Origin: the human T2T-CHM13v2.0 reference genome, Homo sapiens
Reading direction: 5' to 3' (one strand)
Length of the DNA stretch: 64,000 nucleotides
Assembly: GCF_009914755.1 (NCBI RefSeq)
Contig: NC_060926.1
Under the pieces are notes generated by a model. The model had not been told where the DNA came from. It was given only the letters and a program-made list of their open reading frames with translations, and ran no database searches. Position 1 is the first letter of the stretch. Each line of letters begins with the position of its first letter. Position numbers and translations under genes: made by a program. Below, piece by piece: positions 42,791-59,730 of this stretch.

Positions 42791-43766
42791 CTATAAATTT
42801 GTATTGAACTGGGGATTTGTTTCATGGGTCTCTTAGGTGCTATTACCAGGAAAGCAGCAGGAGAGACCCCGAGAAGAAGCAGATCCCCAAAACCAGAGGT
42901 GAAAATATTTTAGGGAGCAGTATTGATAGTCCTTGGCTTAACCCTGTGCACTTGCCAGGCCCTTTTGCCATGTCACCTGGAAAAAGCTGCTGACTTGAAA
43001 GGTGACAGGAATAAATATATTAAAAAAGCTTCAATTGAACGAATTCATTAGTTCTTTCTCTTAGAGAAACTTTCCACCTAACCACTGCTGTCACCTTGCT
43101 ACTTCCTACCCTAGCTTTGTACATTTTATCAAGGGTATTAGAAATAATTCCCCTGGGGACAGGTCCCAGAATCTCTCTGGCCCTGCTCTGTGGAAGTTGA
43201 CATCTAGAGAAAATAATGTTCTGGAATTGCTCTACCTCCTTGACTCTTGATGCTCTTAAGCCAGATGAGTGTCTGTGCATGCATGTGTGCACGTGTGTCT
43301 GTGTTCTTGTGGTATGAGGTTCTTGGGGGATGGATTATTAGCCACAGTTGACCTTTGCAAAGTTCTCCAAGTATTAAATATTTTCACTTCCACTGGAGGA
43401 GTGATCAGCATACACGAGGGGGTGCTGGAAGCAGCTTGGGGAGTGACCTGGCTGTTCCTGGGAGTTCCTGAGGAAAGGGGGTGCAAAATCTGCATTGGTG
43501 CCCCCTGCTTCCTGCACACTTTGCAGCAGCTCTTCCTCTCCAGGGTTTGTCTAGGAGGGCTCCTAGCTGTATTGTCTTCATCCACATAGTGAACTCTGAT
43601 AACCACCAAATGTTGAGAGTTGACTAGTTGCCTAATAGTTTACCTGCATTGACTTAACTTGATCCTCACCCATGAAGGTAGGCAAAATGATTCCGTTTAA
43701 AACAAAACAAAACAAAAACAGTGAGAAGACCAAGGCCCTGGAAGGTTAAAATGGCCCAAACCTACC

Positions 43767-44098
<332 letters not shown>

Positions 44099-44947
44099 CT
44101 AGTAAGTCAAGGGGTTGAGATTCAAATATTGGTGGGTCTGATTCATAGCTGTAGCTTTATTATGGCCAGGGGTGGGTGAGTGGAGTAAATCTTATTTATT
44201 TTTTAATCACTAGGAAACTATATCCTAGCCTTGAAGTTGCAAATATACAGGCTGTTATCATTTCAAATAATCAGGTGGTAGAAAGAGAGCAAGATTCTAA
44301 TCAGCACAATGCCCAGGCCAGGGAAGGAACGTGGCGCGACCCAGAGGACCCTGGCTTGACCAAAAGTGGTATTTGGAAAAGGGGGCACCGATCCTCTTTT
44401 GTGCTAAAGGGGACATGGTTTTCTTATCTTCACTGTTTCCAAGGCATCTTCTTAGTGGTGGCTCTGCAACTAGAGAGGGCTAAACAAGCAACGCCAGGTT
44501 TAGGCTTTCATCCCATTGTGCTTGAGAAAAAAACAAGTCTTCCCAAATCTAGTACTTTACAACACTTCATAATTAAGCAGCCAAGAATCTGTCTTTCAGT
44601 GTTTGTGCCCAGTCACTGGTACACATTATAATCAAAATCCCTTTTCCCTTCAAAGCAGAGCATCACTGCCTTTCCCACTATTCTCCTGCAGAAGAGCAGG
44701 GGAAGGAAGCACCAGGGTCCATCATGGAGGTAAGAGAAAAGTTCTGCTTCCCATGCCCACTATGATGTATGCCTCTCATGTATCACATGGGGTCCAGGCT
44801 GAAAGATGTAATGTGCAAGAACCTCGAGAAAAGCACAGCTGTGTCTTGGTGGAAAGAAAGGCACTTCTATCAGGAGTCTGTCCAAGTTCTAATCGTTACC
44901 CTTCTCTCCAAGTGCCACATCTTAATCAATTTCAATCCCTTGAATGT

Positions 44948-45253
44948 TGTCCCTGTTCATTTTGTGCTGCTATAACAGAATACCTGAGACTGGGTATTTT
45001 ATAAAGAACAGGTTTCTTTCAGTTCTGGAGGCTGGGAAGTACAGGGTCAGGGGCCTGCACCGGGCAAGAGCCTGTGTTTTGTGTTATCCTATAGCAGAAG
45101 GCAGAAGAGCAAGACAGTGTGAGAAGGAGAGAGGGTGAGGAAGGGGGCCTGTCTCTTAAAGTCATCTCTTAAAGATCTCACTCCTCAATGCTGTTGGGTA
45201 GGGGATTAAGTTTCCAACACATGAACTTTATGGGACACGTTCAAACCATAACA
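44948..45253 (-). mobile_element. MST/MLT1A-type MaLR LTR
   Basis: tgtgctgctataacagaatacctgagactggg...cagttctggaggctgggaagt...ggggattaagtttccaacacatgaac...ttcaaaccataaca. Confidence 0.85.
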
Positions 45254-45259
45254 AACATA

Positions 45260-46510
<1,251 letters not shown>

Positions 46511-47259
46511 TGCAGGTCTCAAAACTAGTGTTCTTAACCATTCTGCTATATTATATTACAATTGGAATGTTGCTAACACAGACATAAGTTTCACACAGAG
46601 ATTAGCAATACATTCTTTTCCATAGTATATTAAACATAATTTCAACATTTATTCTTGCACAAGGAAACTACTTATACAGCTAGGTGAGGAATGATCTGTG
46701 TCAGTGAAAGGCATAAGATAGAACATGTTCTTTTTACTTAGAGATGATCTTTACTATGATTGTGGGTGCAATAAATGTTATCTCTTTTGGAGGATATTTT
46801 CAGAGCTATTTAAATTAAATCAGATTTTTAAAATGCAAGTTTCAGGATATTACCAGTGATTTAGATACCATGATATGGCTTAGGTATAGTTTGAATAAAG
46901 AGCAAAATAGCAAAAAATTCCTGCTGTTCTCACCTCTCCAAAAAAGAAAAGTCTTAAAAACAAACAAACACACATGCACCTTTGGGTTTGAAGTTAGCCT
47001 TTGTTATTAGCACAAAACACCAAAATTACAGTCAAAATTAGTCACTGGAGTTATATCTGACTTTTAAGACATGCTTCCTCCTCTGTCTTTATCTTCCTCA
47101 CACCCACAGCACCCACATACCAACTCACTGCCTTTCCCCATCGTACAGTATTATTGGAAGTAAGACATTGGATGCTAAGAGCTGCAAGGTCTTGGGTATA
47201 AGTGGCAAAGGTTGCTGTGCTTATGCTTCACAAGGTGCTCTTGCTGAGATAAATGGTAG

Positions 47260-47800
<541 letters not shown>

Positions 47801-48021
47801 TGCACAGTTTCTTCTATAATGGAGATGATATTATAATCTCTAAAAAGACCTTGTACAGAAAAGAAAATTCATAGTTTGTTAATTCCATTGTAAATTGTTA
47901 ATTTTCCAATAATGTTCTAGTAATTACATAGTATTTAGTAGACACTTATTAGACATGTTTGCCTGTCTGAAAAAATAGGACATTCATTTAGCAAGTATTA
48001 ATTTTACATACTAATGCCTAA

Positions 48022-49835
<1,814 letters not shown>

Positions 49836-49896
49836 TTCAGAACTTCAGAGACAGGAACGACAAAAATGAGAAAAGTCTATAAAAATCATATCTGTG

Positions 49897-50250
49897 GGCC
49901 CAGCATGCGGGCTCATGCCTATAATCCCTGTGCTTTGGGAGCCCGAGACAGGAAGATTGCTTGAGTCCAGGAATTTGAGACCAGCCTGGGCAACATAGTG
50001 AGACCTCATCTCTACCAAAAAATAAAATTAAATTAAAATAAAATAAATTAAAATACAAAAGTTAGCTGGGCTTTGTGGCATAGCATTGTAGTCTTAGCTA
50101 CTTGAGAGGCTGAGGTGGTAGGATTGCTTAAGCCCAGGAGTTTGTGGTTAGAGGGAACTATGATTGTGTCACTGTACTCCAGCCTGAGCAACAGCAAGAA
50201 CTTGTGTCAAAAAAACCGCACTCCCCCCAAAAAAAAACAAAACAAAACAC
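49897..50250 (+). mobile_element. AluJ with expanded (AAAAT)n linker
   Basis: J-type motifs; TSD atcatatctgtg 49885-49896 / 50251-50262. Confidence 0.92.
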
Positions 50251-52958
50251 ATCATATCTGTGTTGATTCAGTGAATTTAAAAGGAATTTTTTCACTTACT
50301 TCCTGATAACAGAAATAAGCATATGACTTTGCAAATTTACATATTAAAAGCACCCATGACAGTTTATTCACTTCAACTGTTGTTTTTGAAGAACTCAATA
50401 AGTGCCTTTTCTTTTCAACCCTTCTTTTTTTTTTTTTTTTTTTTTTTGATAAGCCTCCTTTTAAATACTCAAACCATCTGGGTATTTGTACTCTGAAGGC
50501 ATCAGAAAGGCATGTAGCTAAAGCATAGAACTGATCAGGTTTCATGGTCAAAACGACACCTCAACATTTATTCTGTATCTTTGAAGGACAATACCCATAG
50601 CTCCCATCTGGAGAGTACTCACAGTGTTCATAGCACTGGGTAGAGGGCTTGAATTCCTATCACCTGTGTTTTCAGCTGAAAACAAGTGGGATTCTGACTC
50701 ACAAGTTGGCTTGTGGGTAAAACCATTGACTACAGTTGGTCCGGGTCTGATGACCACTGTAGCTGTTACAAGTTTGTACTAATGCTTCTCTTTTTGAGAC
50801 ATTTCAAGTACTTTTCTCAGTATTATGAGGTAGATTACATGTACGAATGACTCAACATTTCTGAGGCTGCTTAAGAGTGTTTTCTGGTAAGCCTAGCCAC
50901 TACATCATAGGTGCATGGTAAATGACAACATGGTTTGTATAGAGGTTAAAAAGGGCCATTCATCTCACTGCCCTCATTGGAAGGCCTAAAATAGTCCAAG
51001 ATATTTTATTCTGTGGTTTTCACCTATGCCCTTTTCCCTTGTCCCAGGAAGACTTAAGTGGATTTGCTGTAATAACTGTGTTATGCTATGATAGATAGAA
51101 TCTGTGTTATGATTAAATAGTTGACGTCTGTTTATAAAAAGTAACTTTTACAATTTATAATGGAGGTTATATTACTTAAAGTAGTTTTATTTGAAGAAAT
51201 AAAAATTCATCACTCAATTTCAATACTAGGGCTTGAGATTACTGTTGTATTTTTAAATTCAAACCATTAGATGAATATAATTATAGGAATATGATAACAT
51301 TGTAGGAATTTGGGGAAGTTTTAAAAATTACCCATAATTTCATCTAACCATTATGATCATTTGTACATATTTCCTGTCAGTCATTTCCTAAATGCATGCT
51401 GCTTATTCCTATAACTGAAACTAATACCAGTATCACTGGATGGTAAGTTCTTTGAGAATGGGGCCCCTTTCTGATGATTCTGTGTATACCCGTAGTTTAA
51501 CACAGAGCCCAGTAGAGGCAGATGCTAGAAAAATTATTGCAAAAGAATGGATTAATAAGCAGATCTGCTGAGGATCTAAAACTTAATTAAGTACAACCAA
51601 TGCTGGATTGATTATTTTGTTGATTCACAAGAAGAGGCCAAAGTCCCAACCCTCAGCAAAGATCAGCCATTCTATGACCTCCTCTTCTGCTCAGATCTCT
51701 AGGGGCAGCACGGGAGAGGAAGGGGACAGTCAAATGGTGATGTGTTACTCTCCTGCTTTGCTCGAAAACGATAGCAGTAATTTCTCTTACTTCTCCATTC
51801 CTTGTCTGCAGATCACCTGGCCCTAGAATGGCCTTATATCTCTGAGATACAGACTGACGCTAATAAATGAGTTGCTGATCCTAAAATAAAAGTGGAAATC
51901 AGGTTTGGAGTTTGATGTAAAAGCTGGAGAGGCACAGGTTTGTTGCTCATTTAGATTACAAATGTCATCGAAAATAGAAACCAAAAAGGTTAGGTAATTT
52001 CTAAATTAATCACTCTTAGAATAATTACCATGTCACAGCATCTGTGTGCTTTGGTAGAATTTGAATAACACTTTTTTGCTCAGAATAATGTTCTATTCTT
52101 GTCACCAAATAATACTTGACGTCTGTGCTCTTGTACTCCCGAACTGCAGGAAGGGTGTTGCCCTGAACAGCTGACACACCCTCAGCAATGAAGCTTAGTT
52201 TTGCTGGAACTTTTCAGGTACTAAAAAAAATCCCTTTCTCTACTCCCCATTCATTCACAGGCATGAGACTGGAGCTTTATTATTTTTTCTAAATCTAAAT
52301 TGACTGAGTCAGGCTTGTAGTAGTCACCACTAAGAACAGACCACAGTAGCATGGAGAATATTACTTGAATCTTCTTTCCATCGGAAACTGGCTGTGAAAA
52401 GAGTAGGCCCATTAATCATAATTTGAAAAAGCAAGTTACAAAGGCTTGCTTTGTAACTTGTAAAGCCTCCTTTGATGAAGGCTTTACAAGCTGTCATTGC
52501 AGTAAGCAGAACTGAAACACTTTTTTTTTTCGTTGAGCAAACACACCTGGTCATTTTGGACATTTCCATTTTGATAGCTTAATGGGTGGGAGAAGATTCC
52601 TGGGCTTAAAAAATAACTTTTCAGCATTTCATGTTTCTAAGACTGAGACTGAATTAAAGGAATGTTAATCTGTCTCCTTTTATACCACAAACCTACAGAA
52701 TTTACACAGAGTTTTGTCAAAAGTGACATGAACTGGTTGTCACTGTCTGGCAGATAGCTCCTCACTATGACACAAAATTGCCTTTATTTGAAGGCCACAC
52801 ATGACATAAGTAAACAATGGCAGTGTTTTGTATATTTTTTCTGTTACTTTAATGTATTTCAATTTCAATTATGTGGGTATAAAACATGAGTTGTATTTTT
52901 AAACTCTGTTACTTGATGATGACTACTCTTTTTCTTTCTGTATTAAAAAGAAACTCTT

Positions 52959-53172
52959 TTAACTGTGGTCACCATTCAGTGCAATGTATTGTATATTTCA
53001 AAATTGCTAAAAGAATAGCTTTCTAACATCCTCACCACAAAAAAATTGGTAAGTTGATGAGGTGATGGATATGTTAATTAGCTTGATTGACTCTTTCTAC
53101 AATGTATTCATAGATCAAACAATCACATTGTACCCCATAAATATACACAATTTTTGTCAATTAAAAATAAAT
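52959..53172 (+). mobile_element. L1MA-type 3' end with a short 5' inversion
   Basis: aatgtattgtatatttcaaaattgctaa...gaggtgatggatatgttaattagcttgatt...cacattgtaccccataaat; aagaaact on both flanks. Confidence 0.85.
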
Positions 53173-53227
53173 AAGAAACTATTCTAGCTTAAGAGCCTTA
53201 TGTATTCTAAAAATGAACAATCAAAAT

Positions 53228-53907
53228 GCAGAGACTGCTATTGGTCCCCTAATATGTGTTCTTTTCTTCCATAGTGATAGAACCCCTGATTTTTTTCTTT
53301 TTTTTTGTCGAGACGGAGTCTCGCTCTGTCGCCCAGGCTGGAGTGCAGTGGCGCTATCTCGGTTCACTGCAAGCTCCGCCTCCTGGGTTCACGCCATTCT
53401 CCTGCCTCAGCCTCCTGAGTAGCTGGGACTACAGGTGCCCGCCACCAGGCCCAGCTAATTTTTTGTATTTTTAGTAGGGATGGGGTTTCACCATGTTAGC
53501 CAGGATGGTCTCGATCTCCTGACCTCGTGATCTGCCCGCCTCGGCCTCCCAAAGTGCTGGGATTACAGGCGTGAGCCACTGTGCCCGGCCGAACCCCTGA
53601 GTTTTAAGCTAGGCATGTAGCTGTTCAGAAAAAAAAAAAGCAGCTGTTTTCCAATTTCCCTTGCAAAGTACTAATGGAAGTATATGGCAACTTCTCTGTC
53701 CTGTTGCCTCCAATATGGACATGCAAGCAGGAGCTCTGGCTGCCATCTTGGACCATGAAGACAAGGGTAACAGTGCAGATGAGTGGACAGAAATGTAATA
53801 AGCTTGTCTACCTCTGCAGCTTTGTATGAAAGATAAACTGTCTTGTTTAAATGACTGTTCTTTTGTGTCTATGTTTCTCAAAATGAAAAATAATCTTAAT
53901 GTATACA
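53228..53907 (+). mobile_element. MLT1 MaLR LTR (MLT1K-like), interrupted by AluY
   Basis: gcagagactgct..., ggagctctggctgccatcttggaccatgaag, ataaactgtcttgtttaa. Confidence 0.7.
53290..53590 (-). mobile_element. AluY
   Basis: gcaagctccgcc, ttcacgccattc, gttagccaggatggtctcgatctc; TSD gaacccctga 53280-53289 / 53591-53600. Confidence 0.96.
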
Positions 53908-54397
53908 ATCACGAATAATGGAAAAGATAGATTTTATCTGACATGAAGAAACCAACATACTGTAGCAGACACCTATTGGCTTATCTGCCAACACTCTTTT
54001 TCAGAATTAACTGACTCTGTACTAGTGTCTAGGTGGTTATAGTGGGAGTTTCCAAACTCAAGAACATGACCCCATTTTTGGTTAAAGGATAATCTTGACC
54101 CTGGCTGGGCCAGTCAAAATCTTTCCCCAGGTACTTGAAAATAAGACGGAGAAAAAGAGAGCTTAGTTTTTTTGAGCCGTAAGACTGTAATAGTAAATAT
54201 CTGAGCTATTGGTAGCTGTATTTGCCACCATATGTTGGGAGAAGTAGCAGAAACCAGGTTGTGATATAAAAAAAAAAAATGAATCAGAGTCGAAGAGAGA
54301 AGCAAAGATTTAGAGACAGAAGAGAGAAACCATTCCTAGGTTCCTCCATAGTCCTCCAGTGCCTGGTTGTGTGGGAACTGTTGCTCACTTAACTTAA

Positions 54398-54829
<432 letters not shown>

Positions 54830-55099
54830 TGACCTAAATTGGCCCAATCATCTGATTGAAGATTTGTATTCCATTCCTAGGGGAGAAATTAGTCTTATGC
54901 TGGACGTGAACAAGGAAGTGCATAGTTCTGATTGCCATTGTCAGCTTTCTTGCCATCATGAACGTGACCATGCTTGTTTGAGGGCAACACTGAAGATGGC
55001 AGCAAGAATTCTAAAAAGCCTGGACCTCTGATGGCAGTTTTGAGTCCACCTTGGCACTCAAGCCAATATATTAGATAGTAAATGACCCATTATAGAAGC

Positions 55100-55295
55100 C
55101 AGGGGTCGCCAAACTTTATCTGTAAGGGCCAGAGAGTAAATATTTTAAGATTGCTGGCCGTAAGGTCTTTGTCACAACTAGTCAAGTCCTCTGTTTTGCT
55201 CTAAAGCAGTACTAGACAATACATATATGAATGGATGTGAATGTGTCCCAGTAAAACAAGTAGCTAATCTACAGGCTATCATTTGCCAACCCGTG
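55100..55295 (+). mobile_element. MER58A (hAT-Charlie)
   Basis: caggggtcgccaaacttt...ctgtaagggccagagagtaaatatttta...tttgccaacccgtg; degenerate 8-bp TSD atagaagc/ttataagc. Confidence 0.85.
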
Positions 55296-55785
55296 TTATA
55301 AGCCAGTTTAAGTCTGAGTTTTCATGACTTGTTGCCAAAACTAGCAGATACGATACACTGGTTCTTGCTCATTTTCGGGGTCCGGCTGCATCTAGCTCTT
55401 AGAGTATATGAGGAACTCCAGTGTTCACGGCTGCTGGGCAAGATATTTAACAAAGAGTAGAGCATAAACACCAACCAACCATAAACATGTAGGATAACCA
55501 TGCTGGGGTGAATCAGCTAAATATCACTCTGCTGTTATCCCTCCAACAAGTCCTCTTTGTTAGTTAAACTAGTCAGAGTTTATTTCTGTTATTTTTAAAC
55601 AAAGGCATCCTTCCCTGTTCTTTTTAGATTTTCTTTTTGGGTACTACTTTAATCATTTCACTTATTTTTTTGGTTAAAATGCTGATCAGTTTTATATCTT
55701 TCTTCTTTTGGGTTCTCCATTTCTTTAGTTCAGTAATTTCAAGGCCAGGATGGCATTACTGATTCTTTTTAAAAACGGGTATCTG

Positions 55786-56088
55786 GGCCAGGTGTGGTGG
55801 CTCACACCTATGATCCCAGAACTCTGGGAGGCTGAGGTGGAAAGATGACTTAAGGCCAGGAGTTTGAGACCAGCCTGAACAACACAGTGAAACCCCATCT
55901 CTACAAAAAAAAAATTTTTTTTAATTACCTAGGCATGATGGTACACACCTGTAGTCCCAGCTTTTCAGGAGGCTGACACACGAGGATCACTTGAGCACAG
56001 GAGTTGGAGGCTACAGTGAGCCATGATTGTGTCACTGCACTCCAGCCTGGGCAACAGAGTGAGACCCTGTCTCAACAACAACAATAAC
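55786..56088 (+). mobile_element. AluJ with (AAC)n tail
   Basis: J-type gaggatcacttgagc; TSD aaaaYgggtat. Confidence 0.92.
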
Positions 56089-56427
56089 AAAATGGGTATG
56101 TGAAAACTTTTCCTGATAATGAATCTCTGCAGACCTTATGATCAAAAACACAAGCTACCACTTGACAGGATGAGGTGTGAGCATAACATACCAGAAAGAT
56201 TTTAGCATACATGCCACAGTTCAGAAATCCAATGTGTTTTGTGAAATGAAGTCACAACTGGGACTCATATCCCAGTAATGCTGCCATTTCTCAAAATATC
56301 TTTAGAATTCCTCCAATCTCCTCACTTTATTTTAACATCTGATATTGATAAAGATATATCACATCGTCATCAGGCTTGGCTCTGGATAGAGTCCTACCAT
56401 TTCAAAAAAAAAAAAAATAGATCTCTC

Positions 56428-56731
<304 letters not shown>

Positions 56732-58349
56732 TAGATCTATCTTAATATTTATAAATCATTGAATATTTTCCCTTCCTTCCTTTCTCACATAATTCATAGG
56801 CACCTAGCTATGCCAGTCACCCTTCAAGATGCTGGCAAGATAAAGTCCTTATCATCAATGTGTTCATATTTTAATACGGGAGAAAATAACAAAATAAGTT
56901 ATAATATAACCTAAATTTGTCCAGGCTTCACCAGTCTATGAGTGCAAATATGGTCCTCATAAGAAAAATAACCCAGATTTCACAGGCTTTGGCCCACTTA
57001 CGTATATAGGAACTTAGCTTCCTGCCAGCCTTTTCACAGAGACTCCCACACTGACCCCTGAGGCTTCTCTAGTTCAGCTCTCCCCTGTTCATAGCTGCTG
57101 CTTTCAAGCCTCAAGGATTCCAGGTATCTGGTACTTCTTCCTCATCTTTTTTTTTTTTTTACTTTTAAAACTTTTATTAAATGATGGAAGAAAAAATACT
57201 ACTTATTATACTAGTTTAAAGCTTTTCAAAAAATTCTAGAAAACATTTTACAGGGGAGAAATCGCTGCAGTAGGCAGCCTGACTGGCAGCCAGTGTCTCT
57301 CGAATAGCTTATCGTAGAGAATGCTTACTGTTTTCTAAACTGATCTGCTGTAAAAAGGAAGAGGCTAGTTTAACCCAGTGAGCAAATGTGGAGCCAAAAG
57401 ACAGGAAGAAAATAGGGACAGCAGAGTAACTGAGACATTTTCTACTGAAGCTCAGCAAGCTGCCCCCTCTTTTGGAGTGAGGGGTTAAAAGAACATAAAT
57501 ACTCTGCTACAGATAGTGGTCCCTGGTCATCACACAGCAGCAACACACCCCATGAGGGCAGAAGTTTTGTCCATTTTCTTCATGTCTTCATCAGACCTAG
57601 AAGAGTGCCCGACACTTACTAGCTGCTCAATACATATGTGAACGTTGAATGAACAAATGTCAAAATAGGGTTAGTCCTTCAATCCACATTTCACTGTGAC
57701 CCAGTTATCTTCTACGCAGAAATGGGGAGAATGACTCTCCCCTTGCTCATTGCAACATTTTGTTTTCTGCGTCCCAATGCAAAGGTATCTGGGCCCCTCT
57801 TCTTCCAAAATCCTTGATGATCATAGCCCTTTTCAAATTCTGCATCAGCTCCTTTTTGTAAGAACAGTTTTGGTCTTTGAGTAACTGCTGGGAAACAGAC
57901 ATACTTGAACCCCAAGTATGGCCTAGGCTCAAACTTAATCTCCTGACTTAATTACCAGTTAGCATGATAAGAGCTATACTAGATGCACATACAGGGACAT
58001 GGGAAAGGAACAAAGAAACTGCAGACAGCAGGAAATCAGAGGGAGGAGGACAGATGGTGTAGAAAGATGATGGATGAAACTCTGCCTGCTTCGTGTTTTT
58101 GCTTTGTACTTGCTCCCACCCCCCAATTTTTACTTCATAATCTGATTGGAACTTCCTCTTCCTCATTTTGTAATTTCCTCTTTCCAAGTACATGATAGGT
58201 GCTAATTTTGTTTGTTGACTGGCTAACAAAGAGAATTAAGACCTTAGTGGAGTCCCATTGCCTTTCCCCTAATATTTGCTTTTCCATATTGATTGCTCTT
58301 TGGTTGAACTGGGATATGAAATACTGGATAATGAGAACACAATAAATCC

Positions 58350-58740
58350 TCAGTTGTTCAAATCAATCACTACTAATGGACGGCACACAATATCCCAAGC
58401 ATTGTGCTAGATGGAAAGCCACACAGATTAATAAGTGTGCAGCTCTAAAGAAGCAAACAGTGTAGCAATAGTGATGAAGCATGCCAAGCAGCTAGACTGT
58501 AAGGTAGAAAGAGTCCTGTGGTGTACTAGAAGATCACATAACTTGCTATAAGAACACAGAGAACACAGAGGAAGCAAAGAGAAGTCTAGTTTGTAGGCTC
58601 TGGGAAGGTTCCATAGACAGCTAGGAAGAATAAACAAGATTTTAACCAGTGGAGATGTGTGAGGGAAGCATGCAGACAGTGGAAGCCCCATGAACAAATT
58701 CCATCTACAAAGGGACATATAGATGCTTCCAGTGGTTTCT
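58350..58740 (-). mobile_element. L2 fragment
   Basis: caaatcaatcactactaat...aagcattgtgctag..., purine-rich antisense L2 pattern. Confidence 0.5.
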
Positions 58741-59621
58741 CTCATCCTTTATCAGTTATGTGGCAGTCTCTTATGACATAACCAGTAGAATAGTTATGGC
58801 ATGTTTTTTAGAGTTTGCATTGAAGGACAGGGTTTCATTGAACAATGCTGCTGGCAGTATTTTAAAAGAAAGATTAAAGTGTCACACTGCATGTGACTCT
58901 GTCTATCTAATTCTGCATACAAAGCAGATGGCTGTTAAATGTTTGTTCCATCCCTGGTATTGTTTGCCTTGTAAATGCTAAAGAGAGCTGAAACCGAGAA
59001 TTCTACCACAGTAAAGGAATTTTTTTGCCTATAATTTGTTTATAACATATTCTGGGCTAACAGGCAAGCTCTCTGCTCCCTGGGGCTATGCTGTAAGTGC
59101 ACACACATTCCGGAATGATCAGCCTTTTCCTCGCTGATGCTAAGAGCCCCAAAATCAATACATACAATCATTTATCACTGACAGATTAGCAATTTCTATT
59201 GATTTCTTCTGAAATGGGAATTTGCACACTCCACGGAGCTTTATTCTTTTAATAAGCAACTAGGCAATCAGTTGTAATTTCAGGTTTTGAAATGCTTTGG
59301 CAACAGTTTTTATGAAACACACAGAAGAAAAACAAGAAGGGGCCCTGGATAGTTTCAAAGTCTTGCGAAGATGTACAGAAGCGAATTTCGATTGCCTGCC
59401 TGTGCCAACAGTGTACCTCTGTCCCCTGAAGCAGATGCTCTGTCCTTTGCCATGAATCTAAGGACTACTGTTAATTTGCAAACTTCCAAAGTCTGGTGGG
59501 CTTCTTGTCTTTCTTCCCTTTCTAAAAACCATTGTCAACCTGGGATACAATCTTAGGCTGTACATCTTCAGAGACTAGCAGGCAGCAGTGTTTGGAGGAT
59601 CCACTTTTAAGCAGGCTTAAC

Positions 59622-59730
59622 CTAGCGCTTTTCAAACTCTCCTGGGGAGCCCCTTAAAATGTGGATTCTGATTCTGGGGTGGGGTCTCAGATTTTACATT
59701 TTCAACAGGCTCCCAGGTGCTACCTGTGGC
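59622..59730. mobile_element. MER5-type fragment
   Basis: ttctgattctggggtggggtctcagattttacattttcaacaggctcccaggtg. Confidence 0.65.

Noticed and set aside
50734-50743. agttggtccg equals the 5' end of Y5 RNA
   Set aside because: Similarity stops after 10 nt; no Y RNA body
57712-57915. ORF containing LFLQKGADA, superficially ankyrin-like
   Set aside because: No TPLH motif or repeat spacing; single short match expected by chance
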